A stretch of 64,000 nt of DNA from an uncultured bacterium. GTDB taxonomy: Bacteria > Krumholzibacteriota > Krumholzibacteriia > Krumholzibacteriales > Krumholzibacteriaceae. The DNA is taken from NCBI GenBank assembly GCA_965369375.1, contig CBDUQN010000003.1:20242-84241 (forward strand), in the 5' to 3' direction. Positions 56,524 through 64,000 of the stretch are shown one piece after another; within the stretch, counting starts at the first letter, position 1; every line of letters begins with the position of its first letter. The notes beneath the pieces are model-generated. The model was not told the origin of the DNA. It ran no database searches and saw only the letters and a program-made list of their open reading frames with translations. The position numbers and the translations under genes are program-made.

Positions 56524-58602
56524 TTATGATACTCTAGCTTCCGCTTGACCCGTAGAAACCAAAAGCTTCCTCGGGAGCTCTATGAAGAAGCGCGTTCCCT
56601 TTCCAACCTCGCTCGTGTAGTATATCCGCCCGCCATGACTATCTACTATCTTTCGTGAGATGGAGAGTCCGAGTCCCGTGCCCTCCTGTCTCATGGTGAA
56701 GAACGGATTGTAGAGATGCTCGGCGGCTTCGGCTGAGATGCCTTCGCCCGTATCGGCGAACTCCATCTGGATGAAGGACGGATTCTCCGAATCCCTGAGC
56801 ATTACCTTCAATGCACCACCCTCGCTGCAGGCCTGAATACCGTTCAGCGCGATATTCAGTATCACCTGTTTCACGCGATCGCGGTCGAGCGTGCAGCGGT
56901 CGTCTTTGCATTCATTATGAAAGCCCAATGTTACACCTGCTTCGCGGGATGCGTCGGAGAGCAGCTCGATTGTTTCCTCGAGTAACGCGGCAAGCGGAAT
57001 CTCGGTTGCGTTCGGAGAAATCGGGCGGGCGAAATCCAGCAGGTTATTGATGATCTCGTCGAGCCTGTGTATCTCCTCGAGGATTACCGATATGTATTTT
57101 GTCTCGCCCGCTCCTTCGGCGAGCTTTTCCTTGAGAAGCTGTGCCGTTGTTGCGATGCCGGTAAGCGGATTCCGAATTTCATGGGCAATGCCGGCCGATA
57201 GCTCTCCGAGCGATCGGAGCCTGTCCGTAGTCTTGAGCTCCTCTTCCATGGCTTTCTGTTCAGTGAGATCATCGAAGATCGCGATGATCGTCTTGCCGTG
57301 GTACTCATCGAGCTCGATCTTTGTCGTGTTGAGCCGTACCTGGATGCTCCGGTCACCGGAGAGCGACAGGATTCCCTCGAAGGAGCAGCGGCGTTCATCG
57401 CTCGAGACGAGGTACGCGAAAAGACCTTCTCCTCCGAAAGGATTCTGAAAGAGATCGTCGAAATAGATCTTCCTGTCGATCGCTTCAGAGAGGATCGCCC
57501 TCGCTTTGCTGTTCATAAAAACGACTTTTCCGTCATTATCCGCCGTGAGAACGCCGCTGTTTATGTTTTCGAGTATCGTTTCATTGAAATTCTTCAGGTT
57601 TCTCAAGTTGCTGATGTTGACCGCATTCGCGACCTCCTCGATGAGAATCGTCTGAAGGGTGTTGATGAAATGATAATCGGCGAGGAAGGCCCTACTCGAT
57701 TCGTACAGCTTGTGCATGAGCAGGAATCCGAGCCATCGACCCTTGTAGAGAAGCGGTATAACGGTATGTTCCCACGGTGATTTCATCTCGAGACAGGTCG
57801 TTATCGCATCATTGCGGCAGCTCTCGAGCAGAAACGTTTCCGGCGGCAGTGTGTCTTTTTGCTGGGCTTCGAGCAGGTATTGAACGGCCTTTGTGAGCAG
57901 ATCCTCTTCGAGATGAAACGAGGTGCGAACTTGCAGTTTTTTTCCTTCGTTGCTGAAGAGAATGAGTCCGCTGCCTTCCGCTTCCATGTAATTGCACAGG
58001 GCCATGAGAAATCGATCGAGGGCGTCGCTCCAGTTTTCATTAGAACTGATATCTCTCCCCATCTGATAGAGCATCCTCAGGCGTGTCACGTGCCTTTTCA
58101 AGGATTCGTTAGCCTGACTGAGCTCCTCGTTCGTTTTGAGCATCAGTTCTTTCAGTTCCACCGCGCTCTTTTCGAGCTCCTTGTTCGTGCTCACGAGAGC
58201 CTCTATTTTCCGCGTATTATCCAGGACTTTCTGAGCATGGTTGTATGCCGCGTCCACGACCTCGCCGATTTTGACGAGATCAAATGGTTTGAGGATGTAA
58301 TCGAAGGCATTGAGCCGGAATGCCTCTATCGTATTCTCGAGTGAGGCGAAAGCAGTCATGACGATACACTTAGTCTCGGGGCACTTGCTATGGAAGCTAT
58401 CTATCAGCTCGAGACCCGTGTAATCCGGCAATTTCAGGTCTATAAGCGCAACATCGAACATATTCTTTTCCAGAAGGTCGAGCGCCTCTGCTCCGGTCTC
58501 GGCGATTTGCACCTCGTAATTGCGCTTGATGAGAAATGCGCGAAGCATTTCCCGAATCGATTCTTCGTCATCGATAACGAGGATTGAACCCTTGAATTTC
58601 AA
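56524..58602 (-). CDS. Cytoplasmic hybrid sensor kinase (REC-coiled coil-GAF-like-PAS-HisKA-HATPase)
   Basis: N-terminal receiver (VIDDE, IDLKLP, KPF); AHEIRNPL; NGIQA; DTGEG; PFFT; GTGLGL. TTG start follows GGGAGG. Confidence 0.92.
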   Translation of the reverse strand: MKFKGSILVIDDEESIREMLRAFLIKRNYEVQIAETGAEALDLLEKNMFDVALIDLKLPDYTGLELIDSFHSKCPETKCIVMTAFASLENTIEAFRLNAFDYILKPFDLVKIGEVVDAAYNHAQKVLDNTRKIEALVSTNKELEKSAVELKELMLKTNEELSQANESLKRHVTRLRMLYQMGRDISSNENWSDALDRFLMALCNYMEAEGSGLILFSNEGKKLQVRTSFHLEEDLLTKAVQYLLEAQQKDTLPPETFLLESCRNDAITTCLEMKSPWEHTVIPLLYKGRWLGFLLMHKLYESSRAFLADYHFINTLQTILIEEVANAVNISNLRNLKNFNETILENINSGVLTADNDGKVVFMNSKARAILSEAIDRKIYFDDLFQNPFGGEGLFAYLVSSDERRCSFEGILSLSGDRSIQVRLNTTKIELDEYHGKTIIAIFDDLTEQKAMEEELKTTDRLRSLGELSAGIAHEIRNPLTGIATTAQLLKEKLAEGAGETKYISVILEEIHRLDEIINNLLDFARPISPNATEIPLAALLEETIELLSDASREAGVTLGFHNECKDDRCTLDRDRVKQVILNIALNGIQACSEGGALKVMLRDSENPSFIQMEFADTGEGISAEAAEHLYNPFFTMRQEGTGLGLSISRKIVDSHGGRIYYTSEVGKGTRFFIELPRKLLVSTGQAEARVS

Positions 58603-58624
58603 GGCGTACCTCCCGTAGACAGCC

Positions 58625-58641
58625 AGCAAAGCGAGTTCCGG
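58625..58641 (-). promoter_or_regulatory. Possible sigma54 promoter for the kinase/activator operon
   Basis: Minus strand CCGGAACTCGCTTTGCT (GG-N10-GC, TTGCT); the -24 element is non-canonical. Confidence 0.3.
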
Positions 58642-58748
58642 CCGATTATTATCATATGGTTAGTAGTACCGCAATAGAAAAGGCTTGGTCAGCAACAGCT
58701 ATGAGGGGACGATAGGATCGCTTGAGCCCCGCTGCCTGATTGCAGTGA

Positions 58749-59111
58749 TCAAGAAGTAAGGCGCTGTGTGATATACTTCTTGAGTGTCTTCTGCGATGCA
58801 TCGGAGAGAAAGGAGAAGAATACAGCAAAATTATAGGATGAAACCGATGGATCCTCGCGTTCCGGTTCCACGCGCACGACTATGCCGTCGCATCTGACCA
58901 GCGTCTCTTTTTCGCTGTCTCCTTCGTGCATGGGAATCACCAGCTCCATTTGCACCTTGGTGAGAGGCTCTATGTAATGCGGCGATTGGAAGTAGACCCC
59001 ATTTGTGCTGATGTTCAGCGTTTTACCTGTCGCCTCTTCCGGTCCAGCGGATACCGAAATTGCGAGACTCGCCTTCACTCTCTGTGCTTGTCGTCTCTCT
59101 TGGCCAGGCAT
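58749..59111 (-). CDS. Stand-alone PilZ domain protein (c-di-GMP receptor)
   Basis: ERRQAQR (RxxxR) and NISTNG ([D/N]xSxxG) motifs. Confidence 0.88.
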   Translation of the reverse strand: MPGQERRQAQRVKASLAISVSAGPEEATGKTLNISTNGVYFQSPHYIEPLTKVQMELVIPMHEGDSEKETLVRCDGIVVRVEPEREDPSVSSYNFAVFFSFLSDASQKTLKKYITQRLTS

Positions 59112-59179
59112 TGCGTTTTTGCAGCGAGCGACATTCTTTCAACGGATTTAAGCTCCCGAATACAAGACGCCGGGCTCTT

Positions 59180-59275
59180 CTAGCGTTTCTTTTTCTTGTG
59201 GCGATCCTTGCGCAGGCGCTTCTTCCGCTTGTGCGTAGCTATCTTCTTTCTCTTCCTTTTCTTGCCGCTCGGCAT
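59180..59275 (-). CDS. 31-aa basic peptide of the AURKAIP1/COX24 (bS22/mS38-like) ribosomal protein family
   Basis: Manual translation MPSGKKRKRKKIATHKRKKRLRKDRHKKKKR*, AAGGA SD; below the ORF-track length cutoff. Confidence 0.88.
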   Translation of the reverse strand: MPSGKKRKRKKIATHKRKKRLRKDRHKKKKR

Positions 59276-59394
59276 GATTCCTTTCCGGGTCCGAGTTCTC
59301 TGCTCTTCCTTAAGTTCAACATAATATAAAAATCCGCATGCATAATGCAAACGGATTTTTTGCTAATTTACAGAATAAAAATGTTTTTCCCGCT

Positions 59395-59670
59395 CTAGTG
59401 ATTGACCTTGGTCTTGAGTTCGTTCGAAGCTTTGAAATACGGCACGAGCTTGGCGGGAACATCTACGGATGCACCGGTGCGAGGATTCCTCGCCTTCCGT
59501 GGCTTCCTGCTCTTGACCTTGAAACTACCGAATCCCCTGAGCTCCACCTTGCTGCCTTCAGCCAACGCCTTGCAGATATTCTCGATGATCATGTTGACCA
59601 CAATGCTGGTGTCTTTCTTGCTCAGGCCTGTTTCGCGGGCAATTTCCTCGACTAGATCTGCCTTTGTCAT
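59395..59670 (-). CDS. HU/IHF-family DNA-binding protein (IHF-beta-like)
   Basis: MTKADLVEE...ELRGFGSF..RKARNPRTG..VPYFKAS; GGAGGAG SD. Confidence 0.93.
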   Translation of the reverse strand: MTKADLVEEIARETGLSKKDTSIVVNMIIENICKALAEGSKVELRGFGSFKVKSRKPRKARNPRTGASVDVPAKLVPYFKASNELKTKVNH

Positions 59671-59900
59671 GTCACTCCTCCCACTCCAGGTTAAATGAGC
59701 CCCTCTTTCGGATCGAACCTCCAACCTCCATCTGGAGATTACAAGTCGATGCATCGGTGCATCTTACCTGACGATAATTAGCACATGGCGCAAGTCTTGT
59801 CAAAAAATATTTTGAACTGATTTTATTTTTTTTCCGGGCGGCGTTTTTGCCGGGCGGCGGGCTTGAAGTCGAACGCCATTCTGTGGTATCATATAAAACA

Positions 59901-59998
59901 AGTTCCCCGTTAGGAACGTGTACCCCTGTACGCGGCTTTTCTACAACACGTGAGGATGAGAAACACGTCAGGGACAATCCACGAACCAACAGGGAACT
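59901..59998 (-). ncRNA. Candidate structured small RNA (98-nt rod-like hairpin)
   Basis: Minus-strand helices AGUUCCCUGUUGG/CUAACGGGGAACU, CGUG/CACG, UGUCCCUG/CAGGGGUA, ACGUG/CGCGU and UUUCU/AGAAA. Five G-U pairs become A-C mismatches on the plus strand. A U-rich tail (UGUUUUAU) follows. Confidence 0.6.
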
Positions 59999-60021
59999 TT
60001 CCGCGTGCAGTCCGCTTACCT

Positions 60022-60036
60022 TCAAGAGTTATGCCA
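60022..60036 (-). promoter_or_regulatory. sigma54-like promoter upstream of the candidate sRNA
   Basis: Minus strand TGGCATAACTCTTGA: near-consensus -24 (TGGCAY) and TTG, with A instead of C at -12. Predicted start is about 12 nt before the hairpin. Confidence 0.4.
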
Positions 60037-60266
60037 TTTTGTAATAATCCCGCAGTCGCAACGTATCTTGTTATATTACAATTCAATACGATGCTCGTCC
60101 ATTTTCGGCGGCTCGTGGGTTTCGTTGTCAATTAACTTCCATACATAGCAAAATGAATTGAAGAATCAAAAGGCGGGCGGCAAAGCAAGGGTGGTTTCAT
60201 TGGAGATTTAGCGTAGTTTTAGATCTGCGGGGAGAGCGCATTTCCTGCGGACGAATCGATCGGGAA

Positions 60267-61073
60267 TTACTTCTTGCTCTTTCGCGCGCGGTAGAACCCG
60301 AGAAAATCCCTGCAGCCGCTATCGAGCCCGATGACTGCTTCGGCGGCTTTGAGCGCTTCCCTGAGCCTTTCGTCCGTCGGGTCGCAGATGAGCGCCGTGA
60401 TGCCGTGGGAAACCGCCATCGAGAGGAAGGTTCTGTTGAAGAGCCGCCGCATGGGAAGGCCGTACGATATATTCGACAGCCCCCCTACCCTTTGGAATTC
60501 GGGGTGAGACGCCGTGAGCGCGGCGGTCGTATCGAGGGCTATGCGCAGGCCGGCGGGCGATGTCGCTACCGGGGCAAAAACGGGATCGAGAAGGATCTTC
60601 TGTGGAGCCATCCCTGAGGCGGCTGCGATAATCGCAACCCTGCCGGCGAGCGTTAGCCTGCCATCGACCGATGTGGGGATGCCTGCCCTGTCCTTGAGTA
60701 TCACAATCACCTGCGCTCCGGACTCCTTGACGGCGGGAAGGGCGTTCTCGAGGATCTCATGATCACACGTGAGGGAATTGAGCATCGCCCGTTCACCGAA
60801 TACCGCCGTGAGCTTGAGGAGCAGATCGATGTTCGCGCTGTCGAGGGAGATGCCGGTGCCGAGCTTTTCAGTGATGATCCGGGCGCCCCAGGAGAGCGCA
60901 TCCTCCTCATCCCCGATGAGCATCGAGGCGTTCAGGTCTATGTAGGACGCGCCGCAATCGATCTGGCTTTTCGCTATCTCGATCAGAGACTGCTCATCGC
61001 GCTCGGCGAGGAGCTTCTTCACCGCCGTATTTGTGCTGTTGAGTTTCTCTCCGATTAACAGGATGTGAGACAT
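60267..61073 (-). CDS. Stand-alone pterin-binding methyltetrahydrofolate:corrinoid methyltransferase (AcsE / MetH folate-domain-like)
   Basis: LIGEKLN, GASYIDLNA, ISLDS, MLNS, LLDP, GGLSNISYGLP.R. Confidence 0.82.
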   Translation of the reverse strand: MSHILLIGEKLNSTNTAVKKLLAERDEQSLIEIAKSQIDCGASYIDLNASMLIGDEEDALSWGARIITEKLGTGISLDSANIDLLLKLTAVFGERAMLNSLTCDHEILENALPAVKESGAQVIVILKDRAGIPTSVDGRLTLAGRVAIIAAASGMAPQKILLDPVFAPVATSPAGLRIALDTTAALTASHPEFQRVGGLSNISYGLPMRRLFNRTFLSMAVSHGITALICDPTDERLREALKAAEAVIGLDSGCRDFLGFYRARKSKK

Positions 61074-61097
61074 GCTGATTGTAATCAAGTACAGGGT

Positions 61098-62513
61098 TTA
61101 AATAGTTTGGCCGCTTTGCCGGCTGAATCGAAGGAGGATCTTGAAGAGATCCGCGATGGCATCGGTAAAGGGTACGTTTCTTCTTCCCATCATCACCTTT
61201 GCCGTCTCAACCGATTTTTTATGATCGAATTCCACGAATTCAGGCTCGAGCAGCCAGGTGAAGCTCGGAACGAACTTCGGCGGAAATCCATCCGAAATGA
61301 CATTCGCATTGAAAGCCACGACGGTTCCCGTGTTCAGTCTCGTCAGTATAGCGACCTTCACGTGATCCCCCAAGACCACACCGAGAAATCGCCGGCCTGT
61401 TTCTTTCATATGCCCGCGGCACCAGGATTTCACCTGACTGTAGTTGTTTTTCAGATCGCTGTTGCAGGCGCCGGCTCCGATGTTGACCCACGATCCGATG
61501 TACGAGTGCCCGAGAAACCCTTCGTGCTGCTTGTTCGAATAAGATGCGAAGATCGTATCCTCGACCTCTCCTCCCACGCGGCAGTGCTTCCCGATCGATG
61601 TGGCATGGCCGATCTTTGCGCCGCCGCGTATGATCGATCCCTCCCCTATGAAGCAGGGTCCCTTGACGAACGCGGTCGGTTCGATAAGAACTTTGTCGGC
61701 TATGATGATCGGCCCCTCTGAGGCGTCGAGTACCGTTCCCGAGCGAACCTCGACTTCGGAGCCTATAACGATATCCTCTTCATTTATGAGGTCGACACCC
61801 TTGAAGAGCTCGGCCTCCGGAGCCGCTCCCCGCAGCGGATTCTTCTGAAAGTCATCGAGAATGCACGCGCCGTTCTCGCCTATGAGCTGCCAGTAATAGG
61901 ACAAAAGGCCGATGCCTGTTTCTTTCAATGTGATACCGTTACGTTCCGCCCACTGCATGAGCGGCGGCGTCTCTTCCCCCTCCGGTTCCGCAACAGCTTT
62001 TTCTTCCTTCTTGGACTCGGAAGAAGCCTTCTTTATCTCCTGAATGACTTTCGCGACATTATCATCGGAGAGGGGCTCGAGGAGATGTTTGATAAAAGAT
62101 GCCGCATTATCTCCCGAGAGGCGAGCGGCGACGGCAGTAGCGTTCTTCTGAATGACGCAGTTTTCTTCGAGCTCGCCGAGCAGCTTGTCGAAATCGCTCT
62201 CGTAGACGAGAAGCCGGCCGTTGATAAAGAGCATTTCGCCGGTTTCGCCTGCTCCACCCTCTTCGCCTTCATTCACCCTTACGGAAGATTCCTCCTCGCC
62301 TGCGCCTTCCTGTGCCGAAAGCACCGGTGCCAGGTAGGGTCGGCACAGCAGAATGAGTTTCTCGGGATTGAGATCCGCTACGATTCTGTCTTTGAGGGTC
62401 TGTGTTCCTATGAAGAGATCGAAAATGGGGTGGTTGAGGGTGAGGGGAAAGAAATTGGGATAGCGGCCGTCCTCGAAGATGCAGACGCTTGTAGGTAACG
62501 CATTTTCTTCCAT
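61098..62513 (-). CDS. GlmU-like sugar nucleotidyltransferase / hexapeptide acyltransferase (NTP_transf_4 type)
   Basis: IFED...FFPLT..P.FDL.IG; left-handed beta-helix GP.FIG; KQHEGFLGHSYIGSWVNIGAG..NSDLKNNY. Confidence 0.82.
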   Translation of the reverse strand: MEENALPTSVCIFEDGRYPNFFPLTLNHPIFDLFIGTQTLKDRIVADLNPEKLILLCRPYLAPVLSAQEGAGEEESSVRVNEGEEGGAGETGEMLFINGRLLVYESDFDKLLGELEENCVIQKNATAVAARLSGDNAASFIKHLLEPLSDDNVAKVIQEIKKASSESKKEEKAVAEPEGEETPPLMQWAERNGITLKETGIGLLSYYWQLIGENGACILDDFQKNPLRGAAPEAELFKGVDLINEEDIVIGSEVEVRSGTVLDASEGPIIIADKVLIEPTAFVKGPCFIGEGSIIRGGAKIGHATSIGKHCRVGGEVEDTIFASYSNKQHEGFLGHSYIGSWVNIGAGACNSDLKNNYSQVKSWCRGHMKETGRRFLGVVLGDHVKVAILTRLNTGTVVAFNANVISDGFPPKFVPSFTWLLEPEFVEFDHKKSVETAKVMMGRRNVPFTDAIADLFKILLRFSRQSGQTI

Positions 62514-62642
62514 ATCGCTTTATATCCCCACTGAAAAGATCGGTCTCGATTTCGTCTCATCGTGCAGCGCAGACCGGGATATCTCCCTGATCCCTGCGAT
62601 GACCGATACGGCCGTCAGGGACTGCCGCACCCGCTAAAAAAA

Positions 62643-62718
62643 TGGTGGAGTTGACGGGGATCGAACCCGTGACCTCTTGTCTGCCAGACAAGTGCTCTCC
62701 CAGCTGAGCTACAACCCC
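62643..62718 (-). tRNA. tRNA-Ala (GGC)
   Basis: GGGGTTGTAGCTCAGCTGGGAGAGCACTTGTCTGGCAGACAAGAGGTCACGGGTTCGATCCCCGTCAACTCCACCA: 76 nt, G3:U70, GGC anticodon, encoded CCA. Confidence 0.98.
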
Positions 62719-62729
62719 AAACTTACTGA

Positions 62730-62757
62730 ATAGTAGCAAAAACGTTACCCGCGTCAA
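62730..62757 (-). promoter_or_regulatory. sigma70 promoter for tRNA-Ala
   Basis: Minus strand TTGACG-16 nt-TACTAT with TGn. Confidence 0.65.
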
Positions 62758-62936
62758 GTCCAAATTTTTATTGCCGTTTCGGCGCTCATAATTCGATGCG
62801 CACGAAGTATTATAAATAAGGAGCAACGGCCAAAGGAAATGAATATTCATCGGATTAACCGATAGATAGTAATAACAGTATTTAGCCTATTGACTCCAAC
62901 GAGAAAAAGCAATACTGTTTCCAAGGGGGTGATTCG

Positions 62937-64000
62937 ATGAAAAGGATTATAGACGCGCTTTTTATCAAAGTACTTATGTGTTTGATCCCATTGATTCTAC
63001 CGACATTCGCGCATGCCGAGCGTGTCATGGTCATACCGGTCAAAGGCGAGATACAACTCGGCCTCTCCCCCTTCGTCGAGCGGACGACCAGGGAGGCGAA
63101 TGAACAGGGATTCGACCTAATCATTTATGAAATAAACACTTTCGGCGGACGTCTCGACGCTGCGGTCATCATACGCGATGCGATTATTAACTCGGAGGTG
63201 CCTACCGTCGCCTTTATAAACAAGCGGGCGATATCGGCGGGCGTTCTCATATCGCTCGCCGCGAACCGCATCTATATGCACCCGCAGTCGACACTCGGCG
63301 CTGCCGAACCTGTATCGATCGGGATCGGCGGCCAGCCGGGTGAGGTGAGCGAGAAGGTCGTCTCGTACTGGCGCACCGAGCTCCGCTCGACCGCCGAGAA
63401 GAACGACCGGCCGGGGGATGTGGCGGAGGCATTCGCCGACAAGAGCATAGAGATCGAGGATGTCGTCGAGGAGGGAAAACTCCTTACGCTGACGACCAAG
63501 CAGGCCCTCGAGCTCGATATGGCCGATTTCGAGGCCGAGTCGATCAGCGAAATACTCGAGCTGGAAAATCTCAAAGGCGCTGCTATCACCGTCGCCGGCA
63601 TGAACTACGCCGAGCGAATCGCCGGATTTCTGACGCAGGGGCTCGTGAGCAGCCTCCTGCTTACCGTCGCCCTTCTCGGCATCTTCTTCGAGGTGAGAAC
63701 CCCCGGCTTCGGTGTCCCCGGTATCATCGCGCTCATCGCCCTCGCCCTCTTCTTCGGGAGCCACTATCTCGTACATCTCGCCGGCTGGGGGGAGATTCTC
63801 CTCTTTGTCTTCGGCGTGACACTGCTGCTCGTAGAGATCTTTCTCATTCCCGGATTCGGCATCGTCGGCACGGTCGGGATCCTCGCGATCGTTGCGAGCT
63901 TCTATCTCAGCCTCATGGGCAGGTTCGTTCACACGATGGACTTTATATCCAGCGCGAAGGTGCTCGCCCTCTCGTTTATCGCATCGTTCGCCGTGATTCT
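62937..64000 (+). CDS. NfeD-family membrane-bound ClpP-class serine protease (runs off the window edge)
   Basis: Manual translation MKRIIDALF...IPVKGEIQLGL...INTFGGRLDAA...AISAGVLISLA...TLGAAEP...EK..SYW...KLLTLT, followed by TM helices with PGFG motifs. Not in the ORF track. Confidence 0.9.
   Translation, partial: MKRIIDALFIKVLMCLIPLILPTFAHAERVMVIPVKGEIQLGLSPFVERTTREANEQGFDLIIYEINTFGGRLDAAVIIRDAIINSEVPTVAFINKRAISAGVLISLAANRIYMHPQSTLGAAEPVSIGIGGQPGEVSEKVVSYWRTELRSTAEKNDRPGDVAEAFADKSIEIEDVVEEGKLLTLTTKQALELDMADFEAESISEILELENLKGAAITVAGMNYAERIAGFLTQGLVSSLLLTVALLGIFFEVRTPGFGVPGIIALIALALFFGSHYLVHLAGWGEILLFVFGVTLLLVEIFLIPGFGIVGTVGILAIVASFYLSLMGRFVHTMDFISSAKVLALSFIASFAVI

Noticed and set aside
59314-59341. 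dif-like site (minus strand GCATGCGGATT-TTTATA-TTATGTTGAAC)
   Set aside because: The XerD-like arm matches 9/11, but the XerC arm lacks the inner ATAA. It is better explained as the promoter of the small basic peptide, and gene orientation does not switch here.
59901-59998. Hairpin as integron attC or SRP RNA
   Set aside because: The GTT/AAC boxes are in the wrong order for attC and there is no IntI. The SRP helix-8 motif is absent.
62643-62930. tRNA-Ala as an island integration site
   Set aside because: No duplicated tRNA 3' end or integrase is seen, and the flanks are core genes.
63117-63932. 271-aa minus-strand ORF
   Set aside because: Antisense shadow of the plus-strand nfeD gene.

Overview
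Gene-dense, mostly minus-strand core chromosomal region of a moderately GC-rich diderm bacterium. FCB-type SecA insertions, a PorV-like barrel, a GlmU-like NTP_transf_4 protein and a bS22/AURKAIP1-type peptide suggest an FCB-related candidate phylum such as Krumholzibacteriota or Latescibacterota (inference). The housekeeping blocks are: uvrC-xerD / scpAB-rluB-hisC-cmk::plsC-ispH-rpsA-mtaB-miaB; rpsT; proS; a YitJ-type methionine enzyme; secA-smg-topA-trmFO-xerC-hslVU-argF-lipoprotein-dapF; purN-purC-purH-guaA; glgD-like/glgC; HU/IHF; tRNA-Ala(GGC); and nfeD. No mobile element or CRISPR array was seen. The most unusual features are: (1) a 98-nt strand-specific RNA rod in the HU/IHF upstream intergenic region, behind a sigma54-like promoter and next to a PilZ / hybrid kinase / two sigma54-activator cluster; (2) a SecA whose VAR position holds a 32-aa, 8-cysteine insert; (3) an envelope cluster (Slt, NHL, TPR, J-domain-TPR, pseudo-PP2C-TM-PQQ propeller) upstream of secA with an internal sigma54 promoter; and (4) candidate cis-elements upstream of the methionine gene, upstream of the purine operon and between the glg genes. 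All calls come from motif reading by eye; no database searches were run.
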